The notes: a model not told the origin generated them from the sequence alone. DNA of 64,000 bases from Candidatus Tayloriibacteriota bacterium (GCA_031384385.1 JANNAN010000017.1:3020-67019); one strand, 5' to 3'. Shown: positions 19,339-29,085, counted from the first letter of the stretch. Numbers and translations: made by a program.

Positions 19339-20751
19339 ATGATTGATTTATCAAAACTTACAATTACAAAAGCTCATGAGGATTTGAAAAGTGGAAAATA
19401 TTTTGCCGTAGATCTTGCTCAGGCTTATCTTGATGAAATCGCAAATAAAAATAAAGAAATAAATGCATATTTGGAAATTTTTTCTGATGTAATAGAACAA
19501 GCCAAAGAAGCTGATAAAAGATTCAAAGATGGCACAGCCACTATTTTAACTGGAATTCCATTTGCGATTAAAGATAATATTTTGATAAAAGGACGAATAG
19601 CTAGTGCCGCTTCAAAGATTTTAGAAAATTATCATGCAATCTATGATGCTACCGTAATTGAAAAATTAAAAAAAGAAGGAGTTGTTTTTATGGGTAGAAC
19701 AAATATGGACGAATTCGCTATGGGTGGCTCTACAGAGAATTCTTCTTTTGGAGTTACAAAGAATCCTTATGATATTTCAACTGTTGCAGGTGGTTCTTCT
19801 GGTGGCTCTGCTGCAGTTTTGGCAATGAATGGCGCATTAGCAGCTCTGGGAACAGATACTGGGGGCTCTATTCGTCAGCCAGCAAGTTTTTGTGGCCTTG
19901 TTGGCCTGAAGCCCACTTATGGTCGTGTTTCTAGATATGGAGCAATGGCTATGGGTTCTTCATTGGATCAAATTGGTCCATTTGGGAAAACAGTTGAAGA
20001 TACTGAAATAATTTATAATGCGATTAAAGGAAAAGATATAAAAGATAGCACAACTATTTCTGATGAAACTTATTCAATTAAAAATTCCGGTAAAAACTTT
20101 GTTATTGGTGTTCCTAGACATTTTCTCGGTGGTGACGGAATTAAAAAAGATATAATTGATAATTTCAATGAATCAATTGAAAAATTTAAAAAACTTGGTT
20201 ATGAAATAAAAGATATTACTTTACCAAATATAGGATATTCTTTGGCTGTTTACTATGTGATTATGCCCGCTGAAGTTTCTTCAAATCTCGCTAGATTTGA
20301 TAGTGTAAGATTTGGTCTTCATAAGGATGGAGATAATGGTATAGATGATTATTTTGTAACTCGTGGTCTTGGTTTTGGTAAAGAAGTCAGAAGAAGAATA
20401 TTGCTTGGAACTTATGTTCTTTCATCTGGATACTATGATGCTTATTATAATCGTGCCAATGCTGTAAGAAAAATAATTACTGATGATTTTGTGAAAGCTT
20501 TTGAGAATGTTGATATAATACTAACACCTACAACTCCAGCACCGGCTTTCAAAATTGGTGAAAAGACTTCTGATCCAGTTGCAATGTATCTTGAAGATAT
20601 ATTTACAGTTACAGCAAATCTTACCGGAATGCCAGCGATTTCAATTCCATCTGGTTTTAGTGGGCCACTTCCAATTGGACTTCAATTGACTGCAAATCAT
20701 GGTAACGAAGATTTATTATTTAAAGTTTCAAAAGAATTTTTAGCTGAATAA
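19339..20751 (+). CDS. gatA: Asp/Glu-tRNA amidotransferase subunit A
   Basis: Amidase signature GGSSGGSAA, GTDTGGSIRQPA, EVRRRILLG. Confidence 0.96.
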   Translation: MIDLSKLTITKAHEDLKSGKYFAVDLAQAYLDEIANKNKEINAYLEIFSDVIEQAKEADKRFKDGTATILTGIPFAIKDNILIKGRIASAASKILENYHAIYDATVIEKLKKEGVVFMGRTNMDEFAMGGSTENSSFGVTKNPYDISTVAGGSSGGSAAVLAMNGALAALGTDTGGSIRQPASFCGLVGLKPTYGRVSRYGAMAMGSSLDQIGPFGKTVEDTEIIYNAIKGKDIKDSTTISDETYSIKNSGKNFVIGVPRHFLGGDGIKKDIIDNFNESIEKFKKLGYEIKDITLPNIGYSLAVYYVIMPAEVSSNLARFDSVRFGLHKDGDNGIDDYFVTRGLGFGKEVRRRILLGTYVLSSGYYDAYYNRANAVRKIITDDFVKAFENVDIILTPTTPAPAFKIGEKTSDPVAMYLEDIFTVTANLTGMPAISIPSGFSGPLPIGLQLTANHGNEDLLFKVSKEFLAE

Positions 20752-20761
20752 TTTAAAAAAT

Positions 20762-21364
20762 ATGGAAGAAAAAACAGCAGAATTGATAACAGTTCCAACA
20801 TACGATATAGCACATTTTTTTAATGTCATTATCGATTTTTTTGTAAATTATTTTCCACAAATCATTTTTGGATTTAAAAGTTTATTAGGGTATATTATTG
20901 CCTTATCTATTGTAGTTTCTTTAGTTTTATTTCTTGGAATAATATTTTCAGTTGAAAGTTTAAAAGCTATTCGTAGAAGAGAAAGTGAAATATTAGATGC
21001 AAAAGTCGATATGGGATACGAGACGGTAGTTAAAGGAGGTGATCCTGAATTGACTAATAGATGGAAAAGGATTACTCAAAAAATTGAATCCATAAATGAA
21101 AGTGATTGGCGTCAGGCTATTATTGAAGCTGATGTAATTCTTGCTGATCTTTTAACAAAAATGGGATATAAAGGTAATGGTGTTGGTGAACAATTAAAAA
21201 GAGTTGTAAGAGGGGATTTTGAAACAATTGATCAAGCTTGGGAAGCTCATAAGGTTAGAAATGATATTGCTCATGGTGGTTCAGAAATTGTTTTGAATCA
21301 AATGGAAGCCAGAAGAGTAATAAATTTATATAGGCAGGTATTCGAAGAATTCTACTATATCTAG
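20762..21364 (+). CDS. Hypothetical membrane protein
   Basis: One TM segment; AIIEAD..L and AH.VRN.IAH C-terminal helical domain. Confidence 0.7.
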   Translation: MEEKTAELITVPTYDIAHFFNVIIDFFVNYFPQIIFGFKSLLGYIIALSIVVSLVLFLGIIFSVESLKAIRRRESEILDAKVDMGYETVVKGGDPELTNRWKRITQKIESINESDWRQAIIEADVILADLLTKMGYKGNGVGEQLKRVVRGDFETIDQAWEAHKVRNDIAHGGSEIVLNQMEARRVINLYRQVFEEFYYI

Positions 21365-21409
21365 CCATTATTGCTTTTTTATGTCTGTATGATATTATAA
21401 TATTTACAT

Positions 21410-21481
21410 AGCGGGGTAGGGTAACGGTAACCCGTCAGGCTCATAACCTGAAAATTGGCGGTTCGATTCCGCCCTCCGCAA
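21410..21481 (+). tRNA. tRNA-fMet(CAT), initiator
   Basis: Unpaired 1:72 (A:A), anticodon arm TCAGG-CTCATAA-CCTGA, GGTTCGATTCC. Confidence 0.9.
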
Positions 21482-21492
21482 CAAGTAAAATG

Positions 21493-21518
21493 AAAAGTGG
21501 CGCGATTCGCCATTTTTT
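21493..21518 (+). terminator. Intrinsic terminator after tRNA-fMet
   Basis: AAAAGTGGCG-cgatt-CGCCATTTTTT. Confidence 0.7.
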
Positions 21519-21535
21519 GTTATATTTTATTTTAT

Positions 21536-21606
21536 GTCGGTGTAGTTCAATGGTAGAACGAAGGACTCATAAGCCTTAGACAATGGTTCGATTCCATTCA
21601 TCGACA
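21536..21606 (+). tRNA. tRNA with CAT anticodon (elongator Met or Ile2)
   Basis: GTCGGTG/CATCGAC acceptor; AAGGA-CTCATAA-GCCTT anticodon arm. Confidence 0.85.
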
Positions 21607-21684
21607 CAAATTTTTTCAAACGTTTTTTAATTGCAGACATTTTTTCTTGCCTTTTCTGTATTTTTTGATACATTTATCAGTATT

Positions 21685-21758
21685 GCGATCGTAGCTCAAC
21701 TGGTTAGAGCACCCGCCTGTCACGTGGGAGGTTACGGGTTCGAGCCCCGCCGATCGCG
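21685..21758 (+). tRNA. tRNA-Asp(GTC)
   Basis: GCGATCG/CGATCGC acceptor; CTGTCAC loop; discriminator G. Confidence 0.93.
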
Positions 21759-21773
21759 CATAAATAAAATATT

Positions 21774-21983
21774 ATGGATACAGAAAATTTTGAAGGTATA
21801 TTTGTAGATGATAATAGGTCAAAAGTTTTGGCTATAAGAGATCAGGTTTTTGCTATGGGAAATAATGATTCAGAGAAATCTCGTTTTGATGAAATTTTGG
21901 CTGGACTTGAAAATGATTCTATAAGTGGTGACAAAGCAATAGAGGAAGCAAATAGCATTCTTAATAGTAAGATAATGAGATAA
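21774..21983 (+). CDS. Small acidic hypothetical protein inside the tRNA cluster
   Basis: 69-aa ORF with ATG filling the gap between tRNAs. Confidence 0.6.
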   Translation: MDTENFEGIFVDDNRSKVLAIRDQVFAMGNNDSEKSRFDEILAGLENDSISGDKAIEEANSILNSKIMR

Positions 21984-21997
21984 TTGAATTTTATTGT

Positions 21998-22073
21998 GCC
22001 GACGTAGCTCGGTTGGTAGAGCACTCCATTGGTAATGGAGAGGTCATCGGTTCGATCCCGATCGTCGGCTCCA
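21998..22073 (+). tRNA. tRNA-Thr(GGT)
   Basis: GCCGACG/CGTCGGC; CTCCA-TTGGTAA-TGGAG; encoded CCA. Confidence 0.95.
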
Positions 22074-22078
22074 GTGTC

Positions 22079-22151
22079 GCCAAAGTAGCTCAGTTGGTAG
22101 AGCATCACTTTCGTAAAGTGAGGGCCTCCGGTTCGATCCCGGACTTTGGCT
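22079..22151 (+). tRNA. tRNA-Thr(CGT)
   Basis: GCCAAAG/CTTTGGC; TCACT-TTCGTAA-AGTGA. Confidence 0.93.
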
Positions 22152-22181
22152 CATTTAAGAATATATGCTATAATAGTTTTT

Positions 22182-22291
22182 AACCGAGATGGAAGTTGTG
22201 GTCAATTAATGTCCTAGGACATTTGATGATATGGTGAGACATCCGTCTCTTTTTTCCATTCATCTTCTACCCACTACGACCCCACTCGGTT
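22182..22291 (+). ncRNA. Candidate ~110-nt structured RNA upstream of prfB
   Basis: TGCTATAAT box at 22166-22174; closing stem AACCGAG/CTCGGTT; internal stems; trailing T-tract. Confidence 0.4.
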
Positions 22292-22303
22292 TTCTTTTTA
22301 TAT

Positions 22304-23185
22304 ATGGATAAGCAAAAAACAGAATTAAGAATACAAGAAATTGAAATAGCAATGCAAGCAGGAGATTTTTGGTCTGATAAAAATAAAGCTCAAGCAACAC
22401 TGAAGGAACTGCAAGATTTAAAAAATAATCTTGAAGGAATTGGTAAATTTGATAAAGGAAATGCCATCATGACTATTTTTTCTGGTGCAGGAGGAGATGA
22501 TGCGGAAGATTTTTCTGCAATTTTATATAGAATGTATAGAAAATTTTGTGAGAAACAAGGATGGGGAATGGAATTAATTCACGAAAATGTTAATGATCAT
22601 GGTGGTTTTAGAAATATTACAGTCGAAATAACTGGTAAAAATATTTATGGAACTTTAAAAAATGAAAGTGGAGTTCATCGTCTTGTTCGTATCTCTCCAT
22701 TTAATGCTAAACAACTTCGGCACACTTCATTTTCAATGGTTGAAATTATTCCAAAATTTGAAAAGATAAACAGTATTGATATGGAATTATCAGAAAAAGA
22801 CATTGAAATTTCAATTGCAAAATCAGGAGGTCCTGGAGGACAGAACGTCAATAAAAGAGAAACTGCAGTTAGGATTGTCCATAAACCAACAGGACTTTCG
22901 GTGCATGTAACTTCAGAAAGATCCCAAGCCCAAAATAAAGAAAAAGCATTAGATATTTTGAAGGGTAAATTATTTAAGCAAATGGAAGATGAGAGAATCG
23001 CCAAAGAAAAAGGAATGTATATTAGTAAGTCTACATCTATTGAATGGGGCAATCAAATTCGATCATATGTATTTCACCCTTATAAAATGGTAAAAGATCA
23101 TAGAACCAATGTAGAAACAAATCAAGTTGAAAAAGTTCTCGAGGGAGAATTGGAGGATTTTCTTGAAGCAGAGAAGGTATTATAA
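22304..23185 (+). CDS. prfB: Peptide chain release factor 2 (short form)
   Basis: [12 protein letters not shown] (SPF), GPGGQNVNK and WGNQIRSY motifs. Confidence 0.93.
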   Translation: MDKQKTELRIQEIEIAMQAGDFWSDKNKAQATLKELQDLKNNLEGIGKFDKGNAIMTIFSGAGGDDAEDFSAILYRMYRKFCEKQGWGMELIHENVNDHGGFRNITVEITGKNIYGTLKNESGVHRLVRISPFNAKQLRHTSFSMVEIIPKFEKINSIDMELSEKDIEISIAKSGGPGGQNVNKRETAVRIVHKPTGLSVHVTSERSQAQNKEKALDILKGKLFKQMEDERIAKEKGMYISKSTSIEWGNQIRSYVFHPYKMVKDHRTNVETNQVEKVLEGELEDFLEAEKVL

Positions 23186-23212
23186 AAAGAGTTTTTTTGT
23201 TATAATAACTGC

Positions 23213-23893
23213 ATGATTTATTTTGATAAAGTTTCAAAAATATACCCAGACGAATCGATGGCTCTTGACGGAGTTAGTTTTGGAATAAAACCCAATGAAT
23301 TCGTGACTATTGTTGGTCATTCAGGAGCAGGAAAAACTACACTTATAAAAATGCTAATCGCCGAAGACAGACCGTCAGAAGGTGCTGTTTTTTTTGAATC
23401 AGCAAATATTCATAAATTAAAAAAGGGAGAAATGAATAAATTGCGAAGACGCATTGGAACTATTTTTCAAGACTTTCGTTTGATTCCAAATAAGACAGCA
23501 TACGAAAATATTGCATTTGCTATGGAGGCTTCTGGATGTACAGATGGAGAGATAGCATCTGATGTTCCTCATGTTTTAGAGCTTGTAGGTCTTGGTCATA
23601 AGATTTGGAGTTTTCCGCATGAACTTTCTGGTGGTGAAAAACAACGCGTGGCTATTGCGAGGGCAATTGTAAATCAGCCAGATATTATTATTGCAGATGA
23701 ACCTACTGGAAATCTTGATCCAATAAATACTTATGAAATTATAAAAATTCTTCAAAAAATTAATGAATTGGGAACTACTGTTTTGCTAACAACTCATAAT
23801 AAGGGTGTTGTAGATACAGTAAACAGTCGAGTTATTACAATGGAAAAGGGTAAGATTATCCGTGATGATAAAGATGGGAAGTATGTTTTATAA
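23213..23893 (+). CDS. ftsE: Cell division ABC ATPase FtsE
   Basis: GHSGAGKTT, FQDFRL, LSGGEKQR, ADEPTGNLD; precedes ftsX. Confidence 0.93.
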   Translation: MIYFDKVSKIYPDESMALDGVSFGIKPNEFVTIVGHSGAGKTTLIKMLIAEDRPSEGAVFFESANIHKLKKGEMNKLRRRIGTIFQDFRLIPNKTAYENIAFAMEASGCTDGEIASDVPHVLELVGLGHKIWSFPHELSGGEKQRVAIARAIVNQPDIIIADEPTGNLDPINTYEIIKILQKINELGTTVLLTTHNKGVVDTVNSRVITMEKGKIIRDDKDGKYVL

Positions 23894-23910
23894 TTAATTA
23901 CTTATTAAAT

Positions 23911-24867
23911 ATGATTTTTACTAATTTAAAAAGAATAACTAGAACAGGATTTATAAATTTTTGGCGAAATGGTTTTCTTTCATTTTCTGCAATGGTTGTC
24001 ATTACGCTTTCGCTTTCAGTTTTCGGAGCTTTGATTTTTGGAAGTGCATTTGGAAGAGCTCTTCTTAAGGAGGTTAAAAATAAAGTCGATATAAATGTAT
24101 ATTTCGTACTAGATTCTCAAGAGACAGACATTTTGGCTTTGAAAAAAATAGTAGAAAGTTTACCAGAGGTTGATAAAATCGAGTATGTTTCTCGTGAACA
24201 ATCATTGATTGATTTCAAAAATAAATGGAAAGATAATACGCTAATTTTACAGGGTCTTGATGAAATTGGGGATAATCCTTTTCCTGCTGTTTTAAATATA
24301 AAAGCAAAAGAACCATCACAATATTCTGGTATTACTCATTTTCTTGATAGTAAAAGTGCACTTTCAAAAGGCGGTACAAATATTATAGAAAAGATAAATT
24401 ATAATCAGAATAAATTAATTATTGATAGGCTTGGTAGAATTATTCCAGCAGCTGAAAAGACTGGATCACTTATTGCGATACTTTTTGTAATTGTGGCTAT
24501 TGTTATTACATTCAATACTATTAGACTTATTATTTTTACAGCAAAAGATGAAATTTCAGTTATGAAATTGGTAGGTGCATCAAATCTTTATATCAGAGGA
24601 CCATTCGTTGTTTCTGGAATAATGTACGGAGTTTTTTCTGGAATTCTAACACTCATAGTTCTTGGTGGATTTGCATATTATAGCGATACTTTAATTATGA
24701 GATTTGCTGGAGTTCGTGGAGCTCAAGATTTCTCACTTCTTATAAATGTTTTCTCAAGTTATTTTATTCAAAATTTTGGTCAAATATTTGCAATTATAAT
24801 GGGATCAGGAATTGTCCTTGGAGGTATATCAAGCTACTTATCAGTTAAAAGATATTTGCGAATATGA
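23911..24867 (+). CDS. ftsX: Cell division permease FtsX
   Basis: NTIRL.I, EI.VMKLVGA and I.GPF motifs. Confidence 0.92.
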   Translation: MIFTNLKRITRTGFINFWRNGFLSFSAMVVITLSLSVFGALIFGSAFGRALLKEVKNKVDINVYFVLDSQETDILALKKIVESLPEVDKIEYVSREQSLIDFKNKWKDNTLILQGLDEIGDNPFPAVLNIKAKEPSQYSGITHFLDSKSALSKGGTNIIEKINYNQNKLIIDRLGRIIPAAEKTGSLIAILFVIVAIVITFNTIRLIIFTAKDEISVMKLVGASNLYIRGPFVVSGIMYGVFSGILTLIVLGGFAYYSDTLIMRFAGVRGAQDFSLLINVFSSYFIQNFGQIFAIIMGSGIVLGGISSYLSVKRYLRI

Positions 24868-26531
24868 AAAAGAAAAATCATCATAAATATATCTTTGTTG
24901 TTGGAGGAGTTATGTCTGGAGTTGGAAAGGGAATCGCCACTTCGTCTATTGGAACTCTTCTTCAAGCAAAAGGTTTTGATGTAAATCTAGCTAAGGTTGA
25001 TCCATATTTGAATGTCGACGCAGGAACAATGAACCCCACCGAACATGGTGAGGTTTTTGTTTTGAATTCTGGGCTCGAAACAGATCAGGATATGGGGAAT
25101 TATGAAAGATTTTTAAATAGAGATTTAATTCATGAAGATTATATTACTTCTGGAATGGTCTATAAGCATGTAATTGATAAAGAAAGAAATTTAGGATTTA
25201 AAGGTAAATGTGTAGAAGCAGTACCACATATTCGTGATGAAATTGTTGGTAGATTTGAAAATGCTGCAAAATTAAATAAAAGTGAAATCTCGATAATTGA
25301 AATTGGTGGTACAGTTGGTGATTATCAAAATATTATGTTTATTGAAGCTGCCCGTGTTTTGAAAATCAATCATCCAGATGATGTAGTATTTATTATGGTG
25401 AGTTATCTTCCAATTCCTTCAAAAATAGGTGAAATGAAAAGCCGACCAACTCAAAATGCTGTTCATCAGCTTGCTGGCTACGGCGTTACAACTGATATTA
25501 TAATTGCTCGTTCTGAAGCCGTGGTTGATCAAAAGAGAAAGGAGAAAATTGGTATTGCATGTAATATTCCTGAACAAAATGTTATTTCAGCGCCTGATAT
25601 TGATTCTGTTTATGATGTTCCATTAAATTTTGATAAAGATGGACTCGGCGATATTTTATTAAAATCTCTAAAATTAGAAAAAAGAAAAGGTAAAGGATTG
25701 GGTAATTGGAAGAAATTTGCTCACAATATTAAAAATTCTGAAAAAGAAATTAATATTGCAATTGTTGGTAAATATTTTAATACTGGTGACTTCGTTCTTA
25801 CTGATGCATATCTTTCTGTTCTTGAAGCAATTAAATACTCAGCTTGCGTTCATAAAGTAAAAGCAAAAATTCATACTGTAAATTCTCGTGATTTTGAAAT
25901 TAAAAATCCTGATTATTCTTCTCTAAATAAATTTGATGGTGTAATTGTGCCAGGTGGATTTGGCGAAACTGGAATTGAAGGAAAATTGAATGTAATTAAA
26001 TATGTTCGTGAAAATAAAATTCCATATTTTGGACTTTGTTATGGAATGCAATTGATGACTATTGAATATGCAAGAAATGTTCTTGGTCTTGAAAACGCTC
26101 AAACTGCTGAAATAAATCCAAAAGCTGAGCATTTGATTATCGATATTATGCCCGATCAAAAGAAGAAATTACTTGAAAAGGACTATGGTGCAAGTATGAG
26201 ACTTGGTTTATACACTGCAAAAATTAGAAAAGATACTATTGCATTTAATGCCTATAAAACAAATACAATTCATGAAAGACATCGTCATCGTTATGAGGTG
26301 AATCCAAAATATATTGAAAGATTGGAAAAAGGAGGACTAGTATTTTCTGCTACATCACCAAATGGTACTCTTATGGAGATTGCTGAACTTCCACAAGGAG
26401 AAGGTGAGGGTCAGCATCCATTTTTTCTTGGAACACAATTCCATCCAGAATATTTAGCTAGACCATTAAGACCACATCCATTATTTACGGAATTTATTAA
26501 GGTAGCGAAGAATAGGAAGAGTAAGATATAA
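24864..26531 (+). CDS. pyrG: CTP synthase
   Basis: KVDPYLNVDAGTMNP.EHGEVFV, GLCYGMQ, ERHRHRYE, QFHPE. Confidence 0.97.
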   Translation: MKKKNHHKYIFVVGGVMSGVGKGIATSSIGTLLQAKGFDVNLAKVDPYLNVDAGTMNPTEHGEVFVLNSGLETDQDMGNYERFLNRDLIHEDYITSGMVYKHVIDKERNLGFKGKCVEAVPHIRDEIVGRFENAAKLNKSEISIIEIGGTVGDYQNIMFIEAARVLKINHPDDVVFIMVSYLPIPSKIGEMKSRPTQNAVHQLAGYGVTTDIIIARSEAVVDQKRKEKIGIACNIPEQNVISAPDIDSVYDVPLNFDKDGLGDILLKSLKLEKRKGKGLGNWKKFAHNIKNSEKEINIAIVGKYFNTGDFVLTDAYLSVLEAIKYSACVHKVKAKIHTVNSRDFEIKNPDYSSLNKFDGVIVPGGFGETGIEGKLNVIKYVRENKIPYFGLCYGMQLMTIEYARNVLGLENAQTAEINPKAEHLIIDIMPDQKKKLLEKDYGASMRLGLYTAKIRKDTIAFNAYKTNTIHERHRHRYEVNPKYIERLEKGGLVFSATSPNGTLMEIAELPQGEGEGQHPFFLGTQFHPEYLARPLRPHPLFTEFIKVAKNRKSKI

Positions 26532-26539
26532 TAATCATT

Positions 26540-27415
26540 ATGTTAGCCACAGGAATAGTTCTTGCAATAATAGCCATGCTCTCTTGGGGTTTTGGTGATT
26601 TTCTTATTCAAAAAAATACTAGAAAAATTGGTGATTGGGATACTTTATTTTTTATAACATTATTTGGTTCGGTAATACTTTTACCATTTTGCTATAAACA
26701 AGTTTGGGATTTAATGAATCATTTTAATAGTGAGACATTGATTCTCTTGGTCGCATCAGTTACTCTATTTTTTGCGGCGATTATAGACTTTGAAGCTTTG
26801 AGAAAAGGGAAGCTTTCAATAGTTGAATCAATTTGGTCATTTGAAATTCCAATGACATCATTTTTGGCCTTTTTTATTTTAAAAGAAACTATTTCAGTAA
26901 CTGAATTTATTTTAATTGCATTACTTTTGATCTGTCTCGTTCTTGTTGCTTTTAATGAAAATAAATTTACTAAAAAATTCTTCTTAGAAAAAGGTGTAAT
27001 CTTTGCTTTGCTTTGGGCTGTACTGATGGGGTCTGCTAACTTTTTTATAGGCTGGGGTGCAAGAGTTACCGATCCAATTACAATTAACTTTATTACAGAT
27101 ACATTTTTAATGTTGATTTGTTTGATCGTACTTTTATTTAAAGGTAATTATAAAAAAACAGTAAAAGATATTAAAAATAATTTAGGTACACTTTTACCAA
27201 TGTCTATTGCTGATAAAGTAGCATGGCTAGCCTTTGCCTATGCAATGGTTCTAACTCCGATAGCGATTGCAACAGCTTTAAGTGAAAGTTATATAATTGT
27301 GGCGGTTATGCTCGGAGTTTTTATTAATAAAGAGAAATTATATAAACATCAAAAAATTGGAATTGTGGGGGCGGTGGCATTTGCAATAACTTTGGCAGTG
27401 ATTAGTTCGAATTAA
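26540..27415 (+). CDS. DMT/EamA family transporter
   Basis: About ten hydrophobic segments in two repeats; WG..DF and L.E motifs. Confidence 0.85.
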   Translation: MLATGIVLAIIAMLSWGFGDFLIQKNTRKIGDWDTLFFITLFGSVILLPFCYKQVWDLMNHFNSETLILLVASVTLFFAAIIDFEALRKGKLSIVESIWSFEIPMTSFLAFFILKETISVTEFILIALLLICLVLVAFNENKFTKKFFLEKGVIFALLWAVLMGSANFFIGWGARVTDPITINFITDTFLMLICLIVLLFKGNYKKTVKDIKNNLGTLLPMSIADKVAWLAFAYAMVLTPIAIATALSESYIIVAVMLGVFINKEKLYKHQKIGIVGAVAFAITLAVISSN

Positions 27416-27460
27416 TTTAGCTTGAATAAACTCAATTTTTAAGGTATTTTGTAAGGACAT

Positions 27461-27531
27461 TGCCAGATCGTCTAACGGTAGGACGTCGCTCTCTGAAAGC
27501 GAAAATTTTGGTTCGATTCCAAGTCTGGCAG
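27461..27531 (+). tRNA. tRNA-Gln(CTG)
   Basis: TGCCAGA/TCTGGCA acceptor; TCGCT-CTCTGAA-AGCGA; GGTTCGATTCC. Confidence 0.93.
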
Positions 27532-29085
27532 CAATTTCGCAAAAATCGCAGAATCGCCGAAAAAAGGCGAAGGGGTCGCAGAATGAGGAGGGCGGGGCGG
27601 AATTCCCCCCTGAAACACCCCTTCCGCCCCGCCCGCTTCCTTGTTGGCGTTTTTGGGAATTTTCGTTACAAATGCAAAAGGAAAATGCGGAGAAAAAATG
27701 AGGGTGCGGTTGTGGACGAGTGGGTTCGAACCGACTTTTTCAAAGAATGATCGAATTTTCGTAGCATCAGTACTCTCTGCCAAAATAGTGGCTTGTTTAC
27801 AGTCGTTTAGGAAATTTATGATAGGTTCGAACCGATTGCTAGAAACTTTGCCGAAAGCAGTGATTTTGTCTTTCAAAACCTGCTTTTCGGTCACCAATTT
27901 ATTCTTTGTTTCTTGATACTCTTCAAGAGTTAGGGCATTGCCAAGATATGCTGACATAAGTTTTTCTAATTTAGCGTCAACGGCTAGTGCCTCACTATTT
28001 ACTTTCTGAATCTGATTTTTTGAGGAATCATCGTCTTTAGATCGATCTTTCTCTACTTCCGCAATAAGCCAGTCGGCCACTTCACTAGACAGTGATACTT
28101 TTCTGATCTCATCCTGGATGAGTGTCGTCATAGCTTCCTCACGGACATACTTTTGAGAGCATGGGCCTTTGCGTTTGGTGCAGCGTAAATAGTTATGACC
28201 TTTTTGTGTCTCAATAGTAAGGCAACAGCCACATTCAGCGCATTTGAACAGTCCGCGATAAACATATGGTTTCAAATCACCGTCATGTTGTGGTTTACTT
28301 TTTTTGGTCATGACTTCCTGGCATATATCAAAAATTTTCTTGGTGATAATCGGCTCATGCTTGCCTTCATAAAATTCACCATGAAAAAGTATGAGTCCAT
28401 GATAAAGATTATTTTTGAGTAGATACTGATAATTTGAAATGGAAAGCTCCTTGCCTTTGTGTCCAGTCAAGCCAAGTTCACCTATACTTTTGCGGAGGGC
28501 TGATAAAGTATAATTTCTGGTAGCATATGTTTCAAAAGCTTTCTTGATGAAAGGAGCTTTTTCAGGATCGACTACAATGAGTTTTGTTTTCTTGTCGTTA
28601 AGATATCCAATCGGCGCTTTCTGTGGCCAGATGCCGTTCTTCAATTTTTGTTTGTAACTCCTCTTAACATTTTCGGAAAGATTGTCTACATAATATTTCG
28701 ATTGAGAAAAAGAGATGGAAAGCATAAATTTTCCCTGCGGAGTTGCGTCAAACCAGAAAGTTGGAAATTTTAAATCAGTAATTACACCAGTATCAACCAT
28801 GTAAATGATTTTTCCACCATCAACCGAGTTACGAGCGAGCCTGTCGGGATGCCAAGCCAAAATCCCTGAAGCCTCGCCAGCTTCTATGCGCTCCAACATC
28901 TCCGCGAAAACAGGTCTACCGGGAGTTTTGGCAGTTTGCTTCTCGATAAATACATCTACAACCTCCAGTTGCTCTTTTTTGGCGAGCTCGCGTAGCTCGG
29001 AGAGCTGGTCGGCAAGACTTCGGACTTGTCGATCCTCGGTATCGGTAGATTTGCGGGTGTAAATAAAATATTTCTTGTCGCTCAT
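27472..29085 (-). CDS. Large serine recombinase (resolvase + recombinase + zinc ribbon + coiled coil)
   Basis: YTRKST catalytic Ser, DRLARN, C..CG and Y.RC...C motifs. Its last 20 codons, including the stop, lie antisense inside tRNA-Gln. Confidence 0.93.
   Translation of the reverse strand: MSDKKYFIYTRKSTDTEDRQVRSLADQLSELRELAKKEQLEVVDVFIEKQTAKTPGRPVFAEMLERIEAGEASGILAWHPDRLARNSVDGGKIIYMVDTGVITDLKFPTFWFDATPQGKFMLSISFSQSKYYVDNLSENVKRSYKQKLKNGIWPQKAPIGYLNDKKTKLIVVDPEKAPFIKKAFETYATRNYTLSALRKSIGELGLTGHKGKELSISNYQYLLKNNLYHGLILFHGEFYEGKHEPIITKKIFDICQEVMTKKSKPQHDGDLKPYVYRGLFKCAECGCCLTIETQKGHNYLRCTKRKGPCSQKYVREEAMTTLIQDEIRKVSLSSEVADWLIAEVEKDRSKDDDSSKNQIQKVNSEALAVDAKLEKLMSAYLGNALTLEEYQETKNKLVTEKQVLKDKITAFGKVSSNRFEPIINFLNDCKQATILAESTDATKIRSFFEKVGSNPLVHNRTLIFSPHFPFAFVTKIPKNANKEAGGAEGVFQGGIPPRPPHSATPSPFFGDSAIFAKLLPDLESNQNFRFQRATSYR

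Noticed and set aside
21842-22108. 88-aa minus-strand ORF
   Set aside because: Antisense to two tRNA-Thr genes and a small plus-strand CDS; typical tRNA shadow translation.
27460-27916. Plus-strand ORFs 27460-27750 and 27641-27916
   Set aside because: They overlap tRNA-Gln and the recombinase on the opposite strand; GC-rich shadow frames.
27472-29085. Serine recombinase as the pilin invertase
   Set aside because: It is 15 kb away, has integrase-type architecture tied to a tRNA island, and I saw no sequence shared between its flanks and the pilin repeats. Not excluded, but unsupported.
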